Positions 35,918-48,947 of a DNA stretch of 64,000 bases are shown here, piece by piece; the first letter of the stretch is position 1; each line of letters starts with the position of its first letter. The notes under the pieces are model-generated. The model saw nothing but the letters and a program-made list of their open reading frames with translations. It did not search any database and was not told the origin of the DNA. A program made the translations under genes and the position numbers. The stretch lies in assembly GCA_900088475.1 (NCBI GenBank), contig FLMG01002914.1:1-64000 (forward strand), in the 5' to 3' direction. Source of the stretch: Hyphochytrium catenoides. Taxonomy: Eukaryota > Protista > Hyphochytriomycota.

Positions 35918-37787
35918 AGGCGTAAGGCAAGCGTAACTCTAAGACTAAAGCATCAGAGGCTCTCTTTTCTATACAGTTTTCTTACAACTCGAAGTTGCTC
36001 TTGTGCCTACAGTCCACTCTTCTGTATGAAAAATCAGTGTCGGATCAGACACCTTCTTGTGCATCACCACCAGGACTGCCGGTGCTCGTCAGACCATGCA
36101 CCGACATTATTCCCTAGCTTTGGTTCAGCTCGTCAGGCCCTCAAAATAGCCATACACGGAGCCAGATACATCTCCAGCCCACTCAGTGCCTTTCTTTGCC
36201 AGGTCGCAGAAGAGGTGATAACTCGAATCATGATCGTTATCAGCTCGTGCCATGCTGTCACGGACACGACGCGGCAGACATGGAGCTCAACTTCTATAAA
36301 AGAGTTGATGTTGCAGCTAATTGCCCACACAAGCTCTTTCCTGTCAGCAGAAGGCCCCCTAACTAGTTTTCCCCCAATATTCACTCAGCAAACGCCCACT
36401 CCCGACGACGGTGGCGTCCTTTTAATCCGTACATGGCCGGCGAAGCTCTCGTCGGGGCTAGTTTTCTTGCAATGCTCAGCCTGCTCTCTACTTTCCGGCG
36501 TACTGCCCGCGCGAACTCCAGAGCTGCTGCTCCACGGTCCTCGATTAGCTTAGCCTAATAGAAAGGCATTGCAGTAGTAGAGAAAAGCACCTCAGTTCAG
36601 CTCCTAGAACACCATGACATTAATCTATCTCTCGCTTGCTATCTCTCCTTCTATAAGCGCAAAATTGCCATGGCGAATTCCCTGCCTGACGAGACAACGA
36701 TGTAGGGATATCTTCCAAGTTAGGTAGATGTAAAAGGAGGCTATTAGCTCCTCGCCCGCCTTACATTGGTTCTGTTTCCCTTATTCCTTTCGATCGTAGA
36801 GCATGCCTACTACTAACTCTCAGTGTCATCTTCTTCGCCTACAAGGACTAGGAACTACACTGTTGGAGAGCAGAGAAGAGACCCTGCTTCCTGGCAGCAA
36901 GAGGAGGAGTGACGAGTGACAGTGAGAGTTGGAGTTCAAACGAAAGGAGGAAGCAAGGGACAGCAACAGTTGATGCGATCGATGAAGAGAGACGACAGGG
37001 AGACGAAGGTAATAAATGACTGCTTGGGTCACAGCACCCTCCTCATCTATTTGCAAGTTTAAGGAGCATGCCAGACCTGGCTAGACCACTGCTGGCTGCT
37101 CGCGTCTTCGTCTTCAACGTGGGTCCCCTCTCCTCCCCTTCCACATCGATTGCAGAGAGCACTAGCTAATCTTCATCTCTCAAGCATCCACCCCTACCAA
37201 TGTTAGCCATCTCCTGTCAAGCGTCTTGCTTCGGCTGCAACGTCCTGCAGACGAGCCTCTGAAAGCTCAAAACTGAGCTCTGGCCGAAGAGAAAGATCTG
37301 CAGATTTTCAGTGATCTGCAGATGAGTCTGAGCCTATGGACGGCGGCTAACGGCTAGTATCCTTCCTTGGTTCCCTTCCTTTTTCTGCTTGTCGGTTCTA
37401 ATAAGCTTTTATACATGATGAAGCTCCGCTGCTGGAGCTGCTGCTGGTCGATCCTCCGCTCATGAGGACGAAGATTAATGACTAATAGAGCATGGGAAGC
37501 GCAAGCTTAGAAGGACAGGGAAGACAACCGCTCTCGCAATAGTCTCCAGCCTGATAAGTGGTCTTGCTATGCCTGTATAGTCAATAAGAACCCGAAGAAC
37601 ACGGCGGCTCAGGCTGGCCAGTTGTTTCGTCCTTTATCCCTTCCTGTTGTTAGGCTGTCACGCCAGCCTCTGCCGCCTCAGTCCTGGCCTCTCTCCTCAT
37701 AGCTGTCTTAACTTGCGGACTATAGTTGAGTGTCTCATCGTGGCCTTTAAGAGAACGGTAGAGTCCGTGCCAGTCGGGTTGGGATAG

Positions 37788-40700
37788 ATGTCAGACCAGT
37801 ACCTTTGTTATCGCCAGCTTCAGCCTCCCACGGGCGTGGAACTGGCGGTGAGGGGCCGGCTTACGCAGGATGAACAAGATGACCTAATAGTGGCAAAGGC
37901 CAACCGCCTGGAGGTCTATCGCATCCACCTTTCAAAGGTGAGACAAGTATAATGTACATGGCGTAGGGAACGACCGGAATGGATAGTACGCCTTGACGAT
38001 ACTCGTGTAACTCGCTGCTCTCCTTATTAGCTTCAGCCTGCGCTACACATGTGACTCAGTCACACCTAATGCCTGCCCATCGCCCTCTTTCTCTTGCCCT
38101 CCTAGAACCCACAAGCTACTTTCGGGAACACTTTGGAGCTGGCGGCCAGCTTTACATTTTCAGGGAGGATTGAATCTCTCAATGTTGTCACCTTCAAGGA
38201 TCCGAAGGTACGTGTCTCCACCCGCATGACACTATAGCATGCCCGCTCTTTTTCACACGTCAAAGGTTATTGGGACGAGTGCTCTCATGATGTTGTCCGC
38301 ATACCTTACCAGCGTGTGCTCACTTCTCCTTCATCACTTCTTGCCCTAACGTCCTCCAAGCCACGTGAACGTCATCACTTTTTTTTGCTTAAGTACCATA
38401 TGGTCTCCACTGTTTTCTAGTCTTACTTGTCGCTAACATTCTTCATACAGTGGAAGGGAGACGCAGTACTTCTGACCTTTAAGGAGTGCAAGGCCTCTTT
38501 GGTTGGCTTTGATAGGAACACAGAGACCCTCGTGACGCTTTCTTTGCATAACTTTGAAGAGGATGGCATGGGCCCAGGTCTGTCAGGCACCAGTACTGCT
38601 GACTTTCGCTCTCTCTGTGCAGTTGCTCGTCCTCCCTTAATATAATGATCGTACTTCAGTACCCTGTCTTCTCTTCCAATCTGCCTCGTCTTTTCTCCTC
38701 CCTTGGCCAGATTGCCGGCTGACTCTTTTCCGCTTCGTGACACCACCACGTCCGCCATATGTTACTTCTGTCCGAGTCCACCACGCTCTTTTCTCCTGTG
38801 CATACTTCTGCAAAGGGAGACTGACCTCCAAAATATCCCCAGGTACAAGCCTTAAAGCCGAGAAGAAGGGCTTTATCCAGTTTGGGGGAATAGCAAGTCG
38901 TCCCACTATGAGAGTCGATCCGGATCATCGCTGCGCTTCTATGGTGGCTTACAGAGACCAGCTCATCGTCCTTCCCTTCTCACAGGGCGCCCTTGCTATT
39001 GATCTAGATGAGTTGGAGGAAGAGGACGCCCTATTGGCGGTGAGACCGAGTTCTCTTGTTGGCCCTTCCACATCCCCTTGACTATAAACCTCTGTTAGCC
39101 ATTTACTTGCTTCACGAAGTGGCGGTAACCTCTTCACTAGAAAGGAACCTGGTCTCACAGTTTTTCGTGGAATCACTTGCCGGCAATTTTCTTGGTCATT
39201 TTCTGGCAGTCGAACTCACGTCAGCTGTGTTCAGGAGGAGGAGCAGCTAGCCGCTGCTCGTTCAGGAGTCCGATTGGGGCGGCGGCGCCGTGCTCTGAAG
39301 CACGAGTCCCGAGTTGCTAGCGGAGTTCTGCCACAGCTTGTGAAGATGCCGTATATCATAGAGCTTCGCAAGATAGGTGCTCAACAACTTTCTGGGTTAT
39401 CCCTTGGCCAGTCTTCTGTCGTTCCTTTTTGGTCGCGCTCTTTCTCTCTTGCTTTTCTATCCTCTTCCTGGTTGATGTCTAGCTTAGCCTGACCGCACAG
39501 CTTACGTTCTAGGTATCAATGGTGCAGTAAAGGACATGGTGTTCCTATCAGGCTACCTCGAACCCACGCTAATGATTCTCCATGTGAGTCTAACGAAAGC
39601 AGAGGCAGCATAGCGAGTCCCTATCTACGACTCAGTGTTTACATTTCGCTCTACTGATCTTCCTTTATACGCTCACTGGAGGAAGAGCATCCCCTTAATG
39701 ATCCATGTTCCTCTGTTCTCTCCCGATATAGGAGCCTGAACCGACTTGTGCTGGTCGGTTGCCTGCGTTGAAGGACTCCCATATGCTTACCTGTCTCTCT
39801 CTGAACACAGAGCAAATGTTCCACCCAAAGGTCTGTTCTAAGCTACAAAATCCCTTTACGTTTACAGCGCTGTGTGTGCCTAGTGGCTCCCATCCAGTGC
39901 TGTGCAGCTCTACTCTATTCCATTCGTCGTATGCATCTTGGACTAGTACCCTCGACTGTATCCCCACAGTGTAGCTGACTCGTTTCCCTACTCTATAACA
40001 GATCTGGAGTCGGGAAGGGCTTCCTTACGATTGCCTTCATCTTGTCCCAGTTCCTTCCCCTCTCGGTAAGCTGTTCCCTACCTGTTCCTCTTTCTGCTGG
40101 AGAGCAGTGGCGCACTGTCTTCTGACCCAAAGGCATCTCTGTCTGTCTCCTCAATATAATACATATATATATTGCTTCGCTCTAGGCGGCGTTGTGGTCG
40201 TGTGCAATAGCTCTCTTCTCTACTTTAACCAGAACAGTCAGTGTGGGCTGGACGTGAACGGCTTCTCTAGCTCCATTGTCAACCACGATAAGCTGAAAAT
40301 GGAAAAGAATCCTGTACGTCGTTAGCAGGAAATTACCCCTACCGTCCTCATCTGCATTGAAGAGTCGTCAAAAGCTCTTAGCTGTCGACCTCTTTGTTCT
40401 CAATGGCGGAGACTAGCTGCTGCTTCTGCATCGTAATATGTTCCTACGTCGCTTTGCCTCCTAAAAGTGATTCACCTACCTAGATTGGTCCTTGCAATCC
40501 CAGGCTACTTAAAATGCAGCTCTTACCCATTTACTATGTTTGCTTTCAGCATAACCTTTTCTTCAATGGTCTCTTGCCGTGCTTGCTTTTGTCTTACACT
40601 TCTACCAGTCTTCAATCTCCAGACGCCAATCAACAAGCGCCTAGTCTCTTCGCAGATCCTTTTCTTCAGTGGTCTCTTGCCGTGCTCGCTTTTGTCTTAC

Positions 40701-43700
40701 ACTTCTACCACTCTTCCATCTCCAGACGCCAATCAACAAGTGCCTAGTCTCTTCGCATTCTGACTTTATCAGCCCGGAACACATGCTTATGGCTCTGGAA
40801 GATGGAGAGGTAGAGACACACCTATCGCTCTTCCATTAGCTGTTTATTCAGCCTATTCGTCATTTGTAAGCCCGCGGGGCGATCAACTACTACATTCTAA
40901 AGTCCTTTCAGCCTGACAACCACCATTTGGCGCTCCTTGACATTTTCCTTCTGCAGCTTGTAGTAGTGGAGTTCCAAGCTGTGGCCCTAACAGTTAAGCG
41001 CCTGGTGATGACGGTCGCCAGTGCTAGCGTCCTTCCTTCCTGCCTCTGCAGCCTTCCCTCAAGCTCCCTCGTCTTCTTAGGCTCTACAGTGGGTGATTGC
41101 ATGCTTATTGGTTATGAGAAGGATGTAAACGACCACAGAGAAGATCGCCAAGAAAACGGGGTTAGTTCAAATAACTCCTGCGGCACCATTGAAGAAAGCT
41201 CATTTCTCTATTTTATCAGGAGCCTGCGACTAAAAGGCTCAAGACAGATAGGGGTTACACACCAGTGCCAGTCACGATTGGCGCAGATGAGGAAGATGAC
41301 GATGAGCTTTTGTATGGCAGTAGCGCAGGAAGAGGAGGAGGTGCAGCTCAGACGAACGGCGCCGTTAATGCTCCTTCCACTCTCCCTGGTGCCACCGCTG
41401 ACGATGACGACGAACTCCTTTACGGCTCCACTTCTGCTTCACTGCCGAGCAATGGAAGGGCTTATGCTGACGACGGGCACCAGGCTCAGGTCAATTGCCC
41501 AATGACTCAAAAACCGCTCTTGTCCTGCGTCCAGGGACACTCTATTACGCCATTTTCTCTAAGACTCAACATAGTATGCCCTCACCGCCCCCCTCCCTCT
41601 TCGACGTCTCCTGTTTAACCTTTCACGGGTGTCGTCGGGCCTGCTTTTTGTTCTGTCTAGACTTCACATTGTCTCTAACACCGTCAATCTTGTAACAGAA
41701 CGGAAAGGATGTCTCTTCTCTCTACCGCTTCAGAGTCGTTGACAGCTTGTTAGGTTTGGGGCCTGTAAACGACTCCACACTTGGATTCGCGCTGACTCCA
41801 GAGGAGGAGGACAGGCTGAAGAGGCAAGGGTACAGTCCCTTGCTGGACATGGTATGCAAAGCACTCAGAAGGTTTTTCAAGCCCTGCGCTGACATCTCAA
41901 TCCCTCTCCTCTCGGATCCTTTGTGCTTTTCATATGATTTATAGATTTTGAGCAGTGGGTACGGCAAGAATGGTGCAGTATCCGTAATAAGGCGAGGTCT
42001 CCGGTAAGAGTAGTGCTCCTACGTTTGTTTAACCTCAAGTTCGCCCGGGCGTCTGCTCCCTTCCTCACCATTTTACTGACCTGTCAAATATAGGCCCCAG
42101 GTTCTAACAGAAGTGGAGCTTACCGGCTGTAGAGCTTTGTGGGCTGTGCAACATCGTCGCGGCTCCGACGGTAGTCTCGACGAAAGCTCTTTCGCTCACC
42201 ATCGATAATTGACTCTCGCCATTCTCTGTTCTTGCTCTTGTCTGTCCCCTGTGTCATGTCACTCTCTGTAGAGGACGACTTTGACGCGTTCATCGTTCTA
42301 AGCCTTGGAACTGCGACAGTGATTTTAAGAGTGCCACGGGTAAGCTATTCGGGTCAGCTCAAACCGCCATCTACTGATATGGGTGATAACGCAGGACTTG
42401 TCGGAAATGAATGAAGAGGAGGAGTCAGGCTTTTTTACCTCTGGGCCCACATTGGCGGCAGGGAATTTGTTTCAAGGCCAGCGGATCGTTCAGGTAGAGT
42501 TGGATCCTCTCTTATATTTGAGGAAGCACAACCGTCTTGGCTACGTCTAGTGACATTCGAGCAGCCTCGCTATGGGACTTTGAGGTTCTCTAATCAAACC
42601 TTTACGGGTGCTGGAAGGCGTCCTTCGCTATTCTGTTCTCAAACCTCTTCACTCTGTTGCCTGAAAAGTTCGGCAACCTTCTATTGGCCTGCTTCTTTTT
42701 GTCGTGATCAGTCCTCGTTGGACTTATCGTCTTGGCGTATACTTTTCCTTCGCTCAGGTCTTCCGTGAGGGAGTTCGTCTTCTCTCTGGCCCTGAGGTAG
42801 TGCAGGAGCTGGTTCTTCGCGATGATATGGAGGTGGGAGGACTGGAGGTGCCGACTTCAGTCAGCATCACTTCCGTGGACCTCCTTGATCCTTTTATCAT
42901 TCTTCTTCTTTCCGATGGGTCGCTTAGACTCATGGCAGCTGATGACGGTGAGTTCTGTTCCCCGCATTCCCAGTTCCACTCCCATACTCTCTATTTCCTC
43001 CACTTTACTAGTTCCACGCCATGTTGGCGTCATTCGACTTTTTAGAACATTCCGTACCTAAGAATTGCGGGTCGGGAGATAGTAGAAGAGGAGAGAGAGG
43101 GATAGTGTGGCTGCGTACGTCTGACCACATCTCCGAGTTAGCTTCTTTTGCCGTTTTGAATGGTGCTAGAATTAGAGCTTGTTGAGAGAATTCTGTTAGC
43201 TTCGTCTCCATAGCCTCTGAAGCTGGACAATTACTTTTCTCCCCATACTGTCACTGCCTTTGCAGACGACATGGAGTTGCTCCCCTCTATTCCAGAGATA
43301 GCAAATCCTGAAGATCCAATTACTGCGGCTTCACTGTTCTATGACACTGCTGGCATTGTAAAAAGAGTACGTGCCGATCGCCAGCTCACAGTTAGGCTGG
43401 TCTATGAAACTCCATGCGAAGACTGACTTGATCTTGTTGCGTCCTTTGCTTCCATGGCCATTATATAAAATCGGGAACTCTGTTGTTCTTGAAGTGCAAG
43501 TTTCACAGTAAGGCAAAAGCAGCCGCTGTCGAGCAGAAGGAGATGAACGGTCCGACTCCTCCCGCTTCTGCTTCAGCGGCAATTCCGAGTGACGATGAAG
43601 ATGACGAATTATACGGTACGGCGCCGCCACAGCAGGAACAGCAGGAAGCTCCATCGCCCCGTGGTCAGCCGGAGGAGCAGGAAGCTGAGGAAGGTAGGAT

Positions 43701-46700
43701 ATGGATCCACTTCTGCTTCGACGATACACCTCTCCTCTGGTTCTCGGCATTGTGTCGCAATTGTGGTTGTCTCCTTGTGTCAGGGTCTGCTTCCACGTGA
43801 ATAGGCACTCTGTTGTTTTGATTGGTTGGTCTTCTTTGATGAGGGCTTCACGCTTCGCTCTGAATCTTGCTTAACTGTCAGAGGATGCAGGGGACACGAC
43901 CTCCGTTCTGTGTGCCATAACAAGAGACTCGGGGTCCTTTGAGCTGTACACGCTGCCAGACTTTGTCCTGCTCTTCAGAGGAAAAGATGCTGTCTCCGGT
44001 CCTCTGCTTTTAAGTAATTCTCTTCAAGAGAAGGTTGAAGCGCAAGAACAAGTTCCGGACGATCTTCCCAGAGTAAGTCTTCCTATCTTGATGCATCCAC
44101 TGTCTCGTTCTCTACCTTTATCTTGTGTCCTACGTGGGGAAATCCCCACCTCAAACCTTTATACAGGCTTTTACTCTATGTCTTTCTCATCAGCTGCTAG
44201 AGCTAACCCTGTTCTTTTGCTTATGACAGGTAGTGGACGTTCTCCTTCACGAGGTAGGACCGTCTTCTAGGCGACTCCCTGAGCCAGCCTTCTTGAAGAT
44301 GTGCTTACTACTATATTTGACGAATGGAGACACACTAGTCTATAAAATGAGGGAGACAGAGGAGTGTCTGTCCTTCCGACGTATGACTTCCATAGACAAC
44401 ATTAGCAGACCATATATCCCGACGAACACAGTCTCAGGGAAGCTTCCACAAAGAGCAGCTAAGGCAGGGACGGCCGGTAGTAACAACAAGAATTCAGGAG
44501 GGGTAAACGGAACAGGGCCATCGGTTTCGTCATCTTCCTCTCAAGCGGGTTCTGGAAAGGCTAGCTCTACTGGAGGAGGATGGAGAACCGCCTTTAGATA
44601 CCCTATGTTCTCCCGCTTTGATGATGTCAATGGGCGAAGCGGAGTCTTCTTCAGAGGATTCCGGCCCTCGTGGATTCTAAGTGAGCGAGGAGCGCTACAA
44701 ATACTACCGCTTGGAGGTAAAAGATATGGGTTAAAAATTTTTGTTGCTTTTGCTATGACGATCTTTGTGTATGTCTATACGAATATATGGACCAGCTCAG
44801 TCAGTTCTGCCAATAGAGCTTGGTGTTCCTTCTGGACCTAGTCAGGAAGGGTGTCCTCCCTGTGTAGCTTTTCGCCTGAAGCTCAATTTCAGATATATTC
44901 GGCTGTCAGCTTAGATGATGCGACCTGTGTTTGTTTTCCTTCAGTAGCCCACGCTCTATCTGTGCCTTGAACAAAGTTCTTTATAGTGAGTCGTCCGCTT
45001 ACCTGTCCGCCATGTTTTCTGACATTCTTATCACCATTTTAGGGGTGGCGACAGCGTCGTCCTCTCAAGGCGGAGGTCCTCGTGCCGGCCCACTTGCCAT
45101 TCCGGTGCCTTGTTTCTCATCCTTCCATCACGCTGACTGTCCCTTCGGGTTCATCTATTTCCACAGCAGTGGTGCTCTTAGATTCTGTCAGCTGCCTTCG
45201 GTAAGAAGCCCTTCCAATGTCTCTTTCTCTCGTTGTTGGTAGGATCGCTAGGTCCTCGACTCTCTCCTCACAAGAGTTATCGCATGTCATACTCCCTCCT
45301 CCCCTTGTCATCAGCCGTCAGACTACCTACCGTGGACTTGTATTGGCTACCCACCCATTCTTAGCCCCGCCTGCTATTACTAACGTACTACGTATCCTCA
45401 GTTGGCCGAAGCGGCTGCGATGGGCGAGGGCACGCTCACGGCTCAGAAGGTCCCCTTGCGCGCCACCCCACTAAAGTCTGTTTTCCTTGGACATGGTGGA
45501 GTAGGAGGTGTAGCGGAGGCACTACGTATTCCATGCTACGCCGTTTTGTTGGCACACCAGGTGCCCTGGGAACCCGAAGAGGAAGAAGAAGTAGAGGCCG
45601 AAGATCCGACACAGGAGGAGGTAGGGAGAGCCTAAATATTGCTGTTTTTAAGGGTTCGGTGCGGAGTTAGGACGCTAACCTGTGAGGTTGACGACGAAGG
45701 ACTAGAAGAATACGGGAAGGAGTTGACTATGGGCTGCAAAGTGACTCCACATGGGGAGAGTGAGATACAGATTGCCATAGAGATGCTTATGAGGCTCACC
45801 CTACAGGGGGACACCATCAACCAGCAGAAGACTGAAAAAGCGAAGGAGTTGATGGAGCCAGATGAACTTGGGCCACCGATGTTAACTATGGACAGACACG
45901 AAATCAGGTGAACTGCACATCACTTCGGCCAAAAGTATCTCGGCTCTCTCACTTATGCTCCTTGCAGTTACGAGATTTATCCCTGCTCTCTCCAAAGTAT
46001 ACTTACTGGCTTCTACCCTTAGTATCCTTCTGATAGTTGCCTCCAAAGGTCTGCAAAAAGTGGGCTTAGCATCAATGGCTTTAATGGGCGCATTTCTTTA
46101 GGCTTATCCGTAATGACGGGTTTAATGCGCAACCAGTACACTCCGAGGAGCTGCAGCGGTACGAACAGGGGCTAGCGATGAGGCTTCTCTCCCTTGTGGA
46201 CCAAGAGAAGGTGAGCTGGAGCAGCGCCCTGGTGCCAACTTTGCTAGAAATGGCTTGAACATTACCCATCTGCGAGCCTCCTGCATCAGCGAGCTGCATG
46301 GCTCTCTTACGTCCTGGCTGTGAATGGTTCCGTATCGCGACTTCTTGTCATAAGCGCAAAACCCCTTACTAGTTGCCTCGATGACTTATTTTTTTAACTT
46401 TTTTATCATGAGCTCACGTTTGGTCGCAATCTAGGAGGCATCTAACCTCAAAACAGATAAGAAAGGGGCTACAGGTCCAGGCAAAAGTACCAAACCTCAA
46501 GGAAAGCCCTACCTCGCCGTCGGAACAGGTAAAGAGAAATAGCGGGGACCAAAGCAGAAGGGAAAGGAAAGCTTCAATGAACCATGCACTGGCGTCCGTC
46601 TTCACTCTCCTAGACTCTGGGGAGACTATTCCATTGTGACAGAAGCCCCATTCCTGTCTTGGCCCTACTTGCTTAATCACCTCCAATGCTTTAGGCTTTT

Positions 46701-48528
46701 TGACCCCTAAGGGAGAAGACGAAGCCTCCCGCGGCCGCATCATTATCTATGAGCTGGACTATGCCCAGTACACTGACGCTGAAGGCGGAGTAGGAGAGAA
46801 GACCCCTAAACTTAGGAAGGTCAGTCTATGGTGCAGGCTCGGTTATGAACCCAAAGAGGAAAAGGTTATCAACGGACTCGACTAGGTGACATGAGCAATC
46901 CATAGTGGCAAAGCGGAGAGCCAGTACAAAGCGCACCGGACTGGACACTGTCCTGCCTTGCCTCGTTTGGCTTGTCTTATTACAGATAGTCCTTAATCTC
47001 GTCTTATCTTGTCTTAGGCTTATGAAAAGGAACACAAGCAAGGCTCGGTCTCTGCCATCGCGCAGATGGGTCCTTATGTGCTAATAGCTGTGGGGCCGAA
47101 AATTATCGTTCACTCATGGAAGAAAGAACAGCTTGTTCCTTGCGCGTTCTATGACGCTCAAGTAAGTGTTGAGACCCAGCGACCCGATAGCCACTCAGCG
47201 TCTTCTCTTGAATAGGCTCCTTTTGGTCTCCTGAAGGACTAAAAAGTTGATGTTCCTAGATCTATATTTCCACCATTCGCGTCATCAAGGACTTCGTCAT
47301 GTATGGAGATGTCATGAAGAGTGTCCATTTCCTTCGCTGGAGGGAAAGAGAGAGAGCTCTTATCTTGCTGGGTACGTCGACTGTTATGTCTCCCCCTGGG
47401 CGTCAGACCTCCTGATCCCTCTGCCGGCCAATGATGAATCTTAGGCAAAGACTACGAGCCGCTCTCTGTCTTTGGTGCCGACTATCTAGTTGATGACCGC
47501 ACCCTGGGCCTCCTGGTGGCTGACTCACAGCAGAATATTCAAGTCTTTCATTACGCTCCTAGGAGTGTGGACAGTCGAGGAGGGCAAAAGCTACTATGCA
47601 GAGCAGACTTTCATCTAGGTAACGTCCATGTTATCTTCTTGGTCCTTATTTGGATTCTTGCCTTCCTTACCGTGCCCACACTTTACCTGGACTGTGAAGC
47701 AGCTCTGCCTCGGCCGGGGCGCACACGCTTATCAGCCAAGCAACTATCAGCCAAGCAACTACTGGCTTCCTTTTCTAAAACTTGTTGATTGCACCCGTTG
47801 GGTCTCTTTCTTTTGAGGTCTAGGTCTTCATTGACTTGTGAACTAAGTGATAACCAAACTTCCAGGCTCTTCAGTCGCCAATTTTGTCCGGCATCGAGTG
47901 ACCCAACTGACGCCAAGGCACAAGAAGAACCGCTACTCTCTTGTTTTTGGAAACCTGGACGGCGGGCTAGGCGCCTTCATCCCTCTACCTGAGGGCATCT
48001 ACCGTCGTCTATTCACCCTGCAGACAATCATGGTCAACGCACTGCCGCACAACGGAGGTAAGAGACAGGACGACTAAAGGTTCAAAGAGTTAGCGTATAC
48101 CGCAATAGCTGACTATTCCTCCCATATGGTCGCTATCGCTCCTTAACAGGGATGAACCCCAGGGCATATCGTCAGTTCAAGCCTCGGACTTACCTATTCC
48201 GGCACCTCAGAAGGTTTGCAGTTGCTGCTGCCTCTACTTGCCGCAAGGATCTAGTTTTTTCTGCGTGCTTTTCTCCTAGTTGCCTGGAGTTTGAACACCT
48301 TTGGCCTCACCTTCACTTGTTCAGTCTACGGGTTCTAAGCCGGTGCCTGCGCCCTATCCTAATGCCATCATTCCTGTTGACAGGAACGTGATCGATGGGG
48401 AAGTAGTTTGGCGGTTTGTTACTTTGGACCGTCAATCGCAGCAAGAGCTGGCCTCGGCCATTGGCACCACTCCTGATACGATCATACAGAATCTTCTAGA
48501 AATAGACCTCAGTCTAGGGTTCCTGTAA
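37788..48528 (+). CDS. CPSF1: Cleavage and polyadenylation specificity factor 160-kDa subunit, about 30 exons
   Basis: MSDQYLCYRQLQPPTGVE; LIVAKANRLEVY; DAVLLTFKECK; LSLHNFE; RVDPDHRCA; DMVFLSGYLEPTLMILH; FLGSTVGDCML; DDDELLYG; SGYGKNGAV; TLAAGNL; GEDEASRGRI; GQKLLCRADFHLG; GNLDGGLG; GMNPRAYR; NVIDGEVVWRF...IGTT. Confidence 0.96.
40556..40757 (+). repeat. 103-bp tandem duplication spanning a CPSF1 polypyrimidine tract, 3' splice site and exon start
   Basis: Two near-identical copies of ...tggtctcttgccgtgct...tctccag|acgccaatcaacaag.gcctagtctcttcgca; the AGs are at 40621-22 and 40724-25. Confidence 0.92.
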
Positions 48529-48947
48529 GTGACAGACCAGTCGAGGCTAACTATATCTTGGTTCCGGAAGTCGTGCCTCTGGAAGGAACTTCGGGACAAG
48601 GGCTAACGCTGCTGAAGACTTTAAACAAGACCAACAAGGGTGGTGACCCTTCAATAGCTCTGAAGAGGCAGCAAGTAGTCATACGAGTGATCTCTTCCCC
48701 ATATATTATAGAAGGAGTCTTGTTGGAGACTACTGAGGAGCCTCACTCAACTCAGCAGAAATCTTCGTACCCTCGGGCCCTCTCTTATTAACAACTCTAT
48801 CAGCAAGCTGAAGCATTCCTACACAGCGAAAGGGAAAGCTTTCTTCCTCCGTTGTGCTATCTCCGTTGTGCTATAGCGGCGAGACCCGTGTGCTGAATGG
48901 CTGCTTCTCAGGGTAGGCGAACCCAAATATAAATAATAAATAGGACG

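Noticed and set aside
36026-36553. 175-aa ORF between the kelch gene and CPSF1
   Set aside because: No motif, atypical composition and no splice support.
30984-48528. Non-canonical introns or stop-codon reassignment (TAG-rich DNA)
   Set aside because: The ACADS and CPSF1 exons I traced join via GT-AG in the standard code, and TAG serves as a normal stop in several genes.
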